Below, one piece after another: positions 1 to 9,114 of a DNA stretch of 64,000 nucleotides. Below the pieces are notes generated by a model. The model worked only from the letters and a program-made list of their open reading frames with translations, did not search any database and was not told where the DNA came from. Made by a program: the position numbers and the translations under genes. The DNA comes from a virus: positions 12,279 to 76,278 of IMG/VR virus record IMGVR_UViG_3300001589_000003; one strand, 5' to 3'. How positions within the stretch are numbered: the stretch's first letter is position 1; every line of letters begins with the position of its first letter.

Positions 1-1569
1 GGACGGTTGTAATGACTTCTTGATAAATATCAATAGCTTAACCACATTTATAAATGATTTTCTGGAAGAGTCCAATTGACCTGAAAAGTTACCCTTGATA
101 AAGTTTCTACCGTTCTTGTTAACTACAGCATTGATTTGTCTCTGAGCTAGTTGATCCAATTTACTACTACCCCCAGGTGCAAAGTTATTCACAATGCCCA
201 AGGCACTATCTATAACTCCTCTTTGAGTTCCAGCAAATGAATACCACTCTCCAAACTCAACAGATGATCTCATAGCAGCTCCTATTGCATCACCTAACTC
301 AGATATCTCATAAGGGGTATCTGTATCAAGGAATGGGTTATCAATCTTCAACCCTCCAGCTATAAAGTAAGCATATCTAGTATCTACTGCGGCAGCATCC
401 TTTGCTGCTTGTAAAGCAGCTACTGTGGTATTGGAGTTATCAAGGTGTAGGAATGCTACGCAATCCTCTCTGTTCTTAGTATATGTTGCATAAGCAGCCA
501 ATACCGAAGTATCAGAATTATCCAATGGTGCAATAACCTCAAAGTCATCAAAGTTATCGAATGCATATGGACCTGTTCCTCCAGCATCACCTGACCAGTC
601 AGCAGCTATTGGGCCACCTACTGTATTGGGTGTTGTGATTACATTAGTTCCTACTAAGTCAGCTGTTGCATTAACTCCAGTTGGATTTACATGAGGTACT
701 CCAGCAACGTTGGCTGTAAATACTAGATCAGCTACTGCGCTTGTTAGGATTATGCCCTGTGTTAGGTATGCTGCTTGATTTGCTGTAACAAAGTTTGCAG
801 CTGTTGTTGTTAGATCAGTGTCAAAGGTTGCCACTAGAGTTAACCCTCCAGGTCCAGCAATGGTAGCGGTACCTGATGTACCAGCTAAAGTTAAGGTGTC
901 AACCTGAGCAACGGCTCCTACTCCTCCATCACTTCCACCGGTTGCAGAAAAGGTTCCTGTGTCTGGAAGTAGTGGTGCAGTGAACCCTGAAGCATCAAAA
1001 TATGTTACATTAACAATCTTGCTTTTAGATATCACATCGTCTAAGTAATGTGAGTTTGCAACATCTGGCATTAATGGAATTTTTAAGTTCTCATATTTTT
1101 CGTTTATACCTGGGCTATTCAAATGTTGAATCTCTAGGTTAAACGCATCGGTATCTCCGTTAGATGCAAGAGTGATTAAGGCTATAACATTGTTATAATC
1201 TACACCAGCATATTTTAGGGTAAGACCGAAATAGGCATCTCCACTCTCTTCACCTAGCGTACTTGGGAAGGTTGCTTTTGCAGCATCCAAAGTATTAGGG
1301 TCGGCTATGTCAGTGTAGTGTCCTACTTTATTTATTCTCAATTGAGCACCTCTTAGAAAAGCTCGCTTCACTAAGGTAGGCCCTTCAAGACCCTCAACTT
1401 CTCCACCATATTTCTTTTGAAACTCAGTCCAGTTGACCATGATCTCATCATCGTGTCCAAATGGACCTCTAAGAGTTCTCACAGATACTGCGCTAGTGCC
1501 TTTCAAAAGAGAATCAATGAAGAAACTCTGGTCTATCTCATTAAATTTGATTTTTGCAGAATTTGGCAT
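1..1569 (-). CDS. Tail sheath protein (runs off window start)
   Basis: Not in ORF track. Translated by hand from ATG at 1569: MPNSAKIKFNEIDQSF...RGPFG...NWTEFQKKYGG, a typical sheath N-terminus; position after neck genes. Confidence 0.8.
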   Translation of the reverse strand, partial: MPNSAKIKFNEIDQSFFIDSLLKGTSAVSVRTLRGPFGHDDEIMVNWTEFQKKYGGEVEGLEGPTLVKRAFLRGAQLRINKVGHYTDIADPNTLDAAKATFPSTLGEESGDAYFGLTLKYAGVDYNNVIALITLASNGDTDAFNLEIQHLNSPGINEKYENLKIPLMPDVANSHYLDDVISKSKIVNVTYFDASGFTAPLLPDTGTFSATGGSDGGVGAVAQVDTLTLAGTSGTATIAGPGGLTLVATFDTDLTTTAANFVTANQAAYLTQGIILTSAVADLVFTANVAGVPHVNPTGVNATADLVGTNVITTPNTVGGPIAADWSGDAGGTGPYAFDNFDDFEVIAPLDNSDTSVLAAYATYTKNREDCVAFLHLDNSNTTVAALQAAKDAAAVDTRYAYFIAGGLKIDNPFLDTDTPYEISELGDAIGAAMRSSVEFGEWYSFAGTQRGVIDSALGIVNNFAPGGSSKLDQLAQRQINAVVNKNGRNFIKGNFSGQLDSSRKSFINVVKLLIFIKKSLQPS

Positions 1570-1601
1570 CTTTTATTTGTTTAATTTATAATTTATAAAT
1601 T

Positions 1602-1610
1602 TAGTATTGT
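1602..1610 (-). promoter_or_regulatory. Putative late promoter ACAATACT(A/T); other copies at 5005, 7830, 15748, 26800, 46121
   Basis: Recurs upstream of sheath, neck, scaffold, methyltransferase/lysis operon and the GIY-YIG gene. Confidence 0.6.
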
Positions 1611-1611
1611 T

Positions 1612-2211
1612 TTAATTGACTTTTTTGTTCAGTTGGTTTTGAACTCTAGTTGCAGTATCATTAATACTTATTCTATGAGGCCCAGATAGTATGGTGGGTT
1701 TGGAGAAGTTGTATACTAGTAACCCAACTATATTACCTGAGTTGTTTCTAAGAGCTTCACAGAATATAGTTCCTATACCCCAAGCCTTCATGTAGTTTTT
1801 GAATTGCATCCTATCATCCCCTAAATTATCATTATTGGTTATCTGAAAATAATCCGTAACAGATAGCTCATAGGTTATGGTATGAATCATTGCATCTAAA
1901 GGTCTATTAGTAGTCTCTCTTTGCATCGAATCAAAGTTTGGGTATAGAGCTTCATAAGTCATGCTGTATTTTTGGATTGACCTACCTGATGAATAATATT
2001 CTCCATTATGAAACTCCAATATATATACTCTGGAAGCTTTTAACTTCATTAGGGCAGTATATAGTATTGGGGTTATTTCTAAAGCTAGTTTATTAGAGAT
2101 CATTAATCCCATTCTGGTTTTAGCTTGTAACCGTCTATTTTTATAATACTTCCATAGCTCTACTGCTATGTATATAAGAACTATAGCTAAGCCCTCGTAT
2201 AATTTTTCCAT
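1612..2211 (-). CDS. Single-TM protein with GAF-like domain, T4-holin-like
   Basis: N-terminal TM followed by basic residues; ASRVYILEFHNG motif and C-terminal GNIVGLLVYNF strands of GAF type. Confidence 0.5.
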   Translation of the reverse strand: MEKLYEGLAIVLIYIAVELWKYYKNRRLQAKTRMGLMISNKLALEITPILYTALMKLKASRVYILEFHNGEYYSSGRSIQKYSMTYEALYPNFDSMQRETTNRPLDAMIHTITYELSVTDYFQITNNDNLGDDRMQFKNYMKAWGIGTIFCEALRNNSGNIVGLLVYNFSKPTILSGPHRISINDTATRVQNQLNKKVN

Positions 2212-2219
2212 GATTAATA

Positions 2220-2894
2220 TTAAGGTGAAGTTACGTTTATTATACTTGTATTTGCTTGATCATCTTTATCCTCAACAATATTGATATCTGTCATCTTAGG
2301 TATATTAGATGCCACTACTTGATTTACTATTTCAAATACATCTATTGCCTCATAATAATACTCTTTTTGAAATATACCCAATGATAGGTCTGGGTTCTGT
2401 GCAAGAAATGTATAGGTTACTAAAAATGATTCATTAGCATCATTATAGTATGGTACATATATTCTATTGGGTAATGCTAGAACTCTTATTTGTTCTAGTA
2501 ACCTATCCTGTGATGTTTTGTTTGATACCAAGCTTACTTTAAATCTGTAAGTAGATGAGGTACTAGATGATGATACCTTATCAAAGGTTAATCCATTAGC
2601 AACATATGCTGGAGTAGGATCATTACCTACAGTACCCTCATAAAAGCCCTGCCCAGTAATTACCACTCTTGGCATCTTCTGTTCACCCCTATCATTACTA
2701 GGGCCATGACCAAATAGGCCAACTGCAAAACCATTAGGGCCCTGCTCTATAACTGACATGGCTGCATCAAAATCTGATTGACTAGCAGCATAAGTAGTAC
2801 GATCAGCTATATAACCATGCTCTAGCAGTAGGTCATAGAATCTTTTCTCTACGCTTCTTTCAACAATCTCTTGTATGTTTCCTAGTGTACTCAT
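2220..2894 (-). CDS. Tail completion/terminator protein
   Basis: Position between neck genes and sheath; size. Confidence 0.45.
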   Translation of the reverse strand: MSTLGNIQEIVERSVEKRFYDLLLEHGYIADRTTYAASQSDFDAAMSVIEQGPNGFAVGLFGHGPSNDRGEQKMPRVVITGQGFYEGTVGNDPTPAYVANGLTFDKVSSSSTSSTYRFKVSLVSNKTSQDRLLEQIRVLALPNRIYVPYYNDANESFLVTYTFLAQNPDLSLGIFQKEYYYEAIDVFEIVNQVVASNIPKMTDINIVEDKDDQANTSIINVTSP

Positions 2895-3373
2895 CTTCCT
2901 ATGGTAAAACCACTTCCTCTTAAAAATTGTATTTTTCTATATATAGCCATACTTACTATCCTAGCCATACCTTTTGCTCCTCCCATCTCATCCACTGAAG
3001 GCCTCCATAAGGGTCTCTCTGGAACTCCAAATCCATACTCATGTCTTGTAGCAATTTCAGATATTGATATACCTCTATGGTTCATTGCAGAAACTGGTAC
3101 TCCAGCATAATATGTAAAGTTACTCCTCCAAGCTTTTATAGCATTATAATAAGCCTCGGTATCGACCAATATTCTTGGGTCCCCAGAATTAGTTCCAGGT
3201 GCTAATGGTAACCAAGATAGGTCCTGATTGTTGATATGACCTTTAACTATCTTCACTAACTTCTCAGCAGCTTTTCTTTGACCATATATTGATGAACTCT
3301 GTAACGCAGCAGGTAATGCCGCTAGCCCCATCTTTGCTCCAGTCCAATTACCCGTTAGTGTTATGTTTATCAT
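2891..3373 (-). CDS. Neck/tail-completion protein (HK97 gp10-like)
   Basis: LVDT and HEYG..VPERPLWRP motifs. Confidence 0.6.
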   Translation of the reverse strand: MINITLTGNWTGAKMGLAALPAALQSSSIYGQRKAAEKLVKIVKGHINNQDLSWLPLAPGTNSGDPRILVDTEAYYNAIKAWRSNFTYYAGVPVSAMNHRGISISEIATRHEYGFGVPERPLWRPSVDEMGGAKGMARIVSMAIYRKIQFLRGSGFTIGR

Positions 3374-3882
3374 TGATCTAGTTTTGATACCCCTGTTTTC
3401 ACTTCCTCTCTTCTCATAATAACTTGCATCAATAGGGGGTCTGTAGATGCTTGAGCTAGTTGAGTATCACCATCTGCTCGATATATTATACCGTTAATAT
3501 TGAATATGTCTTGTTCAGGCTTAAAATCGAAATACCCATCTGGGGTTGTATAACCTAAACCGGTTAGATATTTAATATTAAACATAACTATCAAGTTCTG
3601 ATCATCCAGATTACCTGTAGTCTTATGTTTAGTTATAGGCCAGGTTCTAAAATAGTTATAACCAACTAAAGCCATAAGTTCTATTTCTGTGTAGGTCTCT
3701 TCTTTCTCTTCATTATACATAGCTACACCAGCAGGAGCATGTCTCAACCATATTATGGTCTCTTGGTTATACTCCTCGTGGATATCATTAATTGCCTTCC
3801 TGTAGGCGTTCCATTTACTAAGTCCTATTTTTGGCATTATCCAAAGTTTTTGTTTAATATAGTTATAGCATCTGTTGGACAA
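3370..3882 (-). CDS. Head closure (stopper) protein; true start probably 3837
   Basis: Synteny; beta-rich; INGIIY motif. Confidence 0.45.
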   Translation of the reverse strand: MSNRCYNYIKQKLWIMPKIGLSKWNAYRKAINDIHEEYNQETIIWLRHAPAGVAMYNEEKEETYTEIELMALVGYNYFRTWPITKHKTTGNLDDQNLIVMFNIKYLTGLGYTTPDGYFDFKPEQDIFNINGIIYRADGDTQLAQASTDPLLMQVIMRREEVKTGVSKLDQ

Positions 3883-4697
3883 GGCTTAATTGCCTTCTGG
3901 GGTATTACTGGGTTCTTAGATAGTTGTCCACATATGGGTAGATATATTCTAAGTCTTTTAGCTAACATACATAACTCATTTGCCATGTTATCAAATGCTG
4001 ATTTACCATCGGGCCCAGACTTGAATAACTTCTCAAGTGAGGCAGCTCCATCAAACCATTCTGTATCTGTAGGGCCAGTAGTTATCTTCTTTACTGGTAC
4101 TCCATCGGATGTTGGGTCGTTATTACCAAAGAGTCCTATATAAGCTTTTCTAGCAACTAGATTTAAGAAGTCATAAATCACTAGTTTAGCGATTAGAAAA
4201 TTCACTAGAGGGGGCCAATTTGATTCCACATTAGACACTGTTATTATGGGATCAACTATATCTTTTAAGTACTCCCTCCAGTAGAATATTTTCATGTTTC
4301 TATAGTCCTCGTCTATGGTTATACCCTCTGGAGTTTCTGTATCTATCATTTCTTGTAATGATGTAGTGTAGTTATTCTCATCCACTACCCTGAAGTCCCC
4401 AGCTGATAGGGGCTCTGCTAATGTGGTATCAACCGGGGTATTGATAACTTTATATGCATGACTTCCAAGTACTCCTGTGTTGGCTGTTTCAAATGTGAAG
4501 GTTACTACATTATTACCTGTACCAGATATAACTCCATTTGCTAATGTAGTTTCAGATACAAACCCGTCATTAGAAAATACCAATGTTAGAGTACTACCCG
4601 TTAAATCTAGAGCTACACCATTCTGGGTATAGGTAAAAACCTTTACCTTCTTTCTATCCTTAAAGATTGTAAAATCCGATTGCTGTAAGTTGCTCAT
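3837..4697 (-). CDS. Head-tail adaptor with N-terminal BppU-like domain
   Basis: LDLTGSTLTLVF N-terminal motif; KKITTGPTDTEW; position. Confidence 0.5.
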   Translation of the reverse strand: MSNLQQSDFTIFKDRKKVKVFTYTQNGVALDLTGSTLTLVFSNDGFVSETTLANGVISGTGNNVVTFTFETANTGVLGSHAYKVINTPVDTTLAEPLSAGDFRVVDENNYTTSLQEMIDTETPEGITIDEDYRNMKIFYWREYLKDIVDPIITVSNVESNWPPLVNFLIAKLVIYDFLNLVARKAYIGLFGNNDPTSDGVPVKKITTGPTDTEWFDGAASLEKLFKSGPDGKSAFDNMANELCMLAKRLRIYLPICGQLSKNPVIPQKAIKPCPTDAITILNKNFG

Positions 4698-4897
4698 GTT
4701 ATTACGTCTATGTTTTCATTATTATCGCTAACCTGAATATCACAGGGTTCGTCTGTACTAACTATAGTATTTATATTATCAGATATAACTAACTTAGTAT
4801 CTTGAGTGACTAACCTAATATCAGCCTTGTAGACTATAAGTGTAGGTGATGAAGAGCCCCCACCAGAAAGCCCTAACCCATATGTTAATATCGTCAT
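4694..4897 (-). CDS. Small virion-associated hypothetical protein
   Basis: ORF with ATGA overlap; ILTYGLG start. Confidence 0.4.
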   Translation of the reverse strand: MTILTYGLGLSGGGSSSPTLIVYKADIRLVTQDTKLVISDNINTIVSTDEPCDIQVSDNNENIDVIT

Positions 4898-5003
4898 GAT
4901 GGATGTCTTTTCATTATTCTTAGGAAACTAGGATTATCAAGCTCATCGGTAAGATCGAACCTAAGTAGTTCAGTTATACCATCATATTATAAATATATAG
5001 CAT
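4894..5003 (-). pseudogene. Frameshifted gene remnant (MLYIYN / YDGITELLRFDLTDELDNPSF...)
   Basis: ATG follows a late promoter motif; the second frame ends in a TGA overlapping the next ATG; frames are offset. Confidence 0.3.
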
Positions 5004-5028
5004 TTAGTATTGTATGAGGTATACACAA

Positions 5029-5062
5029 CAAAAGGAGCTAACTGTTAAATTAACTCCTTTTA
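5029..5062 (-). terminator. Intrinsic terminator after the capsid genes
   Basis: aaaggag...ctccttt stem with a U-tract on the minus strand. Confidence 0.6.
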
Positions 5063-5079
5063 TAAATTAAGCTATTACC

Positions 5080-5541
5080 TTAATCCTTTTCAGGCTCTTC
5101 GTCCTCTAATAAGTACTCCTTCATCTCTTTGAGTTTTAACTCAGAAAATTTAGCTAGAGTATCTTCATCATGTTCAAAGTTCTCTTTGTAATAATCTATA
5201 GCATCATCCTTCTTTGTAAAGCTGTTGACTAATTGCTCAGCCTTTTCTTCTTCAGTAAGTTCCAGTGGTGCTTCAGGAGCTTTCACTTCCTTCTTGTCAT
5301 TAGGGTTTTCCTCTTTCTCCTTGGCAGCTTTTGCAAGTGCCTTCAATGCTTTATCTTCATCCATATCCTTGATGTGGTTATGTTTCAGAGCTACCGAAAT
5401 TCTTGCAGTGATTGGTCCTAAGTACTCAACCGGAGTTTTGTTACTTACTACCTTTAACTTGGATTGAGGATCAACAAAAACCGAAGCTCCATTTTTACTA
5501 CCCAATACAAAGTATCTTTTACTCTTTGTTTTTTTTGCCAT
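5080..5541 (-). CDS. Hypothetical protein downstream of the major capsid gene
   Basis: 153 aa ORF in late operon. Confidence 0.6.
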   Translation of the reverse strand: MAKKTKSKRYFVLGSKNGASVFVDPQSKLKVVSNKTPVEYLGPITARISVALKHNHIKDMDEDKALKALAKAAKEKEENPNDKKEVKAPEAPLELTEEEKAEQLVNSFTKKDDAIDYYKENFEHDEDTLAKFSELKLKEMKEYLLEDEEPEKD

Positions 5542-5565
5542 GATATATAAATTTTAGTTATTTAA

Positions 5566-6666
5566 TTACTCTATGATAACTTGTTCCAATGGATCAACAT
5601 CCATATAAGCAGGGAACCCATTTCCAGAGAATAGTATACTATCATCTATAATCACCCTAGCATCTCTGTACAAGATGCCAAACCCAGTAGTCAATGATGC
5701 ATAAGTTTCAATTTTTTGGTTTGAAACTATTTTATCAGATTCCACCAATAGAGGTTGAGCATTATACTTAATGATTGCTGATGTTCTATCAATAACCATT
5801 TGCTGATCTACAGGCATGCTACCATGAATATAGTATGCAGAACTTTGAGGTACTGGAGTTTTCAAGTCCAATTTCTTCTCAGTTGTACCAGTATCTCTTA
5901 ACTTGAATTCATCCAAGAATAAGGTTTCAATAGCAGCTTCTTCGCCACCAATGATCCCAAAAGGAGTTCTACCGATTCTAGCCATTCTAATCCAAACTCT
6001 TAACAAGTCTTTGTAAGACATTGATCCGGTTGTTTCAGTACCAACTACTGGAGCTGATTCCGAACCATCTGCCTGCTCACCATTAATAAGAGTATCAATC
6101 ATAAGAGCATCAATGCCTTGATTCAACTTAACCCCAAAGTCTTGGAGGAAGATACCAATTACGTTAATTGATACATACTGTACCACTTCGTAAGGTATTT
6201 GAATACCACGTCCCATCTTCTTAACCTTTAAGGTCTTTTGACCGAAACTTATAGTTCCAGTTGGAATGCTTTCACCTTCACCCACATATTTTGGTGTAGC
6301 ATCCGACATGTTTAAATGGGGAATAGTTACTGTAGGATTTGAGATAGTTTGTTCTGCTGCAATGAAGTCAGCCCAGATTGGAGATTTTCTCAATCCCAAA
6401 CGTAATGCGTCTCTTATAATTTCAGGGATCAACCATCTAGCTGATTCATCAGGTAAAGTGAAAAGATTCTGGATGGAATCAATACTAGCATTTAGGCCTA
6501 AATCATCATATAGAGCCTCCATACTAATTCCCCATTTCGATCTTACAAATTCCCCAATTGATATGTCCATTGGGTTATTAGCATCCTTTCGCATGGATTC
6601 ACAAGACATTACTACTTCTTGTAAACTATCCTTGTACTGCGATTTTCTGTATTGTTTAGTGTTCAT
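5566..6666 (-). CDS. Major capsid protein (HK97 fold)
   Basis: WLIPEII, YVGEGESIP and KKMGRGIQIPYE motifs; 366 aa; synteny. Confidence 0.85.
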   Translation of the reverse strand: MNTKQYRKSQYKDSLQEVVMSCESMRKDANNPMDISIGEFVRSKWGISMEALYDDLGLNASIDSIQNLFTLPDESARWLIPEIIRDALRLGLRKSPIWADFIAAEQTISNPTVTIPHLNMSDATPKYVGEGESIPTGTISFGQKTLKVKKMGRGIQIPYEVVQYVSINVIGIFLQDFGVKLNQGIDALMIDTLINGEQADGSESAPVVGTETTGSMSYKDLLRVWIRMARIGRTPFGIIGGEEAAIETLFLDEFKLRDTGTTEKKLDLKTPVPQSSAYYIHGSMPVDQQMVIDRTSAIIKYNAQPLLVESDKIVSNQKIETYASLTTGFGILYRDARVIIDDSILFSGNGFPAYMDVDPLEQVIIE

Positions 6667-6679
6667 AATATATTTGTTT

Positions 6680-7108
6680 TTAAAGTAAGCAAACTTTTAT
6701 AGCATCACCATTTGTCGCAGCTTGCGTTAAATTATGACCCACTACTAAATCAGGTTCTGCTCCCCCAGCAACATACTCTCTCAAACCTGTTGTTCCGTTG
6801 TAAGCACCTAACTTCACGATTCCTGCATCTAAGCTGTCTGCTGCAGCTTCTGCATTAACTACTGTGTAGCCTCTCATGACTACTGTAACTTCCTCATCCG
6901 CAAGTCCATCATGCATGGAGTAACCTATTACTAGAGTTCTCTCATCATCAAGGGCTGCAGATTGTACTGTTCCTGTTGCAGTCAAAACTACTGCATCACC
7001 TTTATTCACTGTTTGACCTGTTTCAACTACAAAGCTAATACTTAGCTTATGAGCTTCTGGATCTATATGGAATTTACTGGTGGTTGGGGTTCCTAATGTA
7101 TTTGGCAT
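6680..7108 (-). CDS. Capsid decoration/cement protein
   Basis: KGDAVVL...VIG...EEVTVVMRG pattern; directly upstream of major capsid gene. Confidence 0.6.
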   Translation of the reverse strand: MPNTLGTPTTSKFHIDPEAHKLSISFVVETGQTVNKGDAVVLTATGTVQSAALDDERTLVIGYSMHDGLADEEVTVVMRGYTVVNAEAAADSLDAGIVKLGAYNGTTGLREYVAGGAEPDLVVGHNLTQAATNGDAIKVCLL

Positions 7109-7127
7109 CTTTCTTTATATTTAAGTT

Positions 7128-7790
7128 TTAGTTAGATTCCTCTGTAGGTTGTACACCATGTATACCAGATGCATGATTGCTTGACTTACTTAAGTTAGCC
7201 ATCACTTCTTGATTACTCTTAGGGGTTGCTGGAGTAGCCTCTTTCTTAATTGGCTTACCATCTGCTCCCATCACTCCAGTATCAAGGTTTGCTGTAGAAG
7301 CACGAGTTACTATAGTTTTACAATTTGGACATTCTGCTTCAAAACTTTCTTCGGCAGTTGTTCCGTACTGTAGAACTAGAGCTGAAGCAGTGTCTAAGTT
7401 TGCTTCCGCAATCATTGCTACTATAGCATCTTGAGCTTTATCAGCTCCACCCACTGATACGTGGTATAACCTTAAGGCTTCATTCCTAGTGGAAGTTTTA
7501 ACCTTTTCCAATGCAGCCTCATCTAATTTACCCTTAGCAAGTGCAGCTATATCCTCTGCGGATAGTAGTACACTATCTTCTGGGTATTTTAGTTTGAGAG
7601 CTGTCAACTCTTCGTTAGCTGTTCTCAATTCACCGGTCAGTTTTAAGACCTGAGCATCTGTACTTTCTGCTGGAGTGAATGCATCTAAGCTAATAGACTC
7701 TTCATTCATGGCAGCAAATACAACCACATCGGTGGCATCCGCAGCTAAACCGAGTTTACTGATCAATAACTTTTTAAGTTCTTTGTTCAT
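7128..7790 (-). CDS. Nested scaffolding protein (internal in-frame start MNKELKKLL)
   Basis: A-rich leader and ACAATACT motif at 7830-7838 upstream of ATG 7790. Confidence 0.55.
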   Translation of the reverse strand: MNKELKKLLISKLGLAADATDVVVFAAMNEESISLDAFTPAESTDAQVLKLTGELRTANEELTALKLKYPEDSVLLSAEDIAALAKGKLDEAALEKVKTSTRNEALRLYHVSVGGADKAQDAIVAMIAEANLDTASALVLQYGTTAEESFEAECPNCKTIVTRASTANLDTGVMGADGKPIKKEATPATPKSNQEVMANLSKSSNHASGIHGVQPTEESN

Positions 7791-8678
7791 AGCTTTCGAT
7801 TTATTGTTTAATTTATTTATATTATCTTTAAGTATTGTTGGGTCTGCTGTTAGTTGTATTTTCTCTGTTGTGTAGTTTTTCCAATCCAAGAAGTGGCCCA
7901 TCTCTTTAAATTGCTGCTCTGAAAAAGACATAGCATTCGACTCAGCATACTTGGGGTTAACTATCTTCTCATCCTCAATTTTTTGAGCGTATGGGTCTGC
8001 CCCATGAGTAACTAGTGATATCTCATCATAAGCAATGATTCTTGTTACCACCCTCCTTACTAGCTTACCTTCTTCATCAAAGGTTCCCAGTCTACCGAAG
8101 AATTCACTACGATCCATTTTCTTATGAGATTGCTCCCACTCAAACCTAACTGTTACAGACACTGAATGAACCGATGGTGGGTCCATCATTATACCCCTAA
8201 CTAGTTTAGGGTTAGCTTTACCATCCAGTTTAAATCTTGCATTTATACCAGGCGGTACTTCTACTCCTTCATAGGTCTTTTTGCCTTGCCAGAAAGTTTC
8301 AAATACTGATCCCACCTCGTTACCTACTATGGCATCGTGATTGGTCATTACCGCTTGACCAACTAACTTCGACATGGAATCCTTTAGTACATCTCCTTTT
8401 CCAAAATCTACAGGCCCAAACTTGTTAACTAATATTTTGGATAGAGCTCTAAATATGGGAAAAGCAAACTCATCATCAGCTGGGGCAAGATCACTTGCTT
8501 TCACATCTGGGTAATACTTATTAAAATCGGGTGTAGATGTATGAAATAAGCCAAAGCTTTCTATAGCCATGGGCTCATCCGATAGTATATCTTCAATATC
8601 TGAAGCCTTTGCCACCATGGGTATCTTGTTACTCAGTAACGTATGACCCATAAAAAAACTTTCTTTTGATTCAGGCAT
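7128..8678 (-). CDS. Prohead protease-scaffold fusion
   Basis: NHD..VG, SVSV and EISLV.HGADP protease motifs; helical C-terminal half. Confidence 0.7.
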   Translation of the reverse strand: MPESKESFFMGHTLLSNKIPMVAKASDIEDILSDEPMAIESFGLFHTSTPDFNKYYPDVKASDLAPADDEFAFPIFRALSKILVNKFGPVDFGKGDVLKDSMSKLVGQAVMTNHDAIVGNEVGSVFETFWQGKKTYEGVEVPPGINARFKLDGKANPKLVRGIMMDPPSVHSVSVTVRFEWEQSHKKMDRSEFFGRLGTFDEEGKLVRRVVTRIIAYDEISLVTHGADPYAQKIEDEKIVNPKYAESNAMSFSEQQFKEMGHFLDWKNYTTEKIQLTADPTILKDNINKLNNKSKAMNKELKKLLISKLGLAADATDVVVFAAMNEESISLDAFTPAESTDAQVLKLTGELRTANEELTALKLKYPEDSVLLSAEDIAALAKGKLDEAALEKVKTSTRNEALRLYHVSVGGADKAQDAIVAMIAEANLDTASALVLQYGTTAEESFEAECPNCKTIVTRASTANLDTGVMGADGKPIKKEATPATPKSNQEVMANLSKSSNHASGIHGVQPTEESN

Positions 8679-9096
8679 TTTTAATTTTGTTTTTGTAAGA
8701 TTCTATTTTATTTTTTACCATAGACACTCCCAATTGTATTAGAGCCATCCATACCCCATTAAAGCTATAAGCTAAAGTACTAAAGGGTTGATCTTGACCA
8801 ATGATTACCATTAACCAGGTCCATAATTGAGGAGTATATGGTGTAGTTATGGGTAGTAACATTAAACTAACCAACATTCCTAACCACTCATGTTTAAAAA
8901 ACATACCCACTTCACTCCAACCCAACCCATCATCGTCAAGATCATATTTTTTCTGGTCGAATAATAATTTACAGAGGTTATAGAACAACCACCCATATAA
9001 TGCTAATGCCCACGGGTTACTAAGGAACACAGGTAATTGTACTGGTTCTACAGTCCCCATTCGGGTCATATATATGATTGCTAGTATAGTTTTCAT
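8671..9096 (-). CDS. Multi-pass membrane protein
   Basis: About three hydrophobic segments and a basic C-terminus. Confidence 0.6.
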   Translation of the reverse strand: MKTILAIIYMTRMGTVEPVQLPVFLSNPWALALYGWLFYNLCKLLFDQKKYDLDDDGLGWSEVGMFFKHEWLGMLVSLMLLPITTPYTPQLWTWLMVIIGQDQPFSTLAYSFNGVWMALIQLGVSMVKNKIESYKNKIKNA

Positions 9097-9114
9097 GATT
9101 TCTTTGAAGATTGA

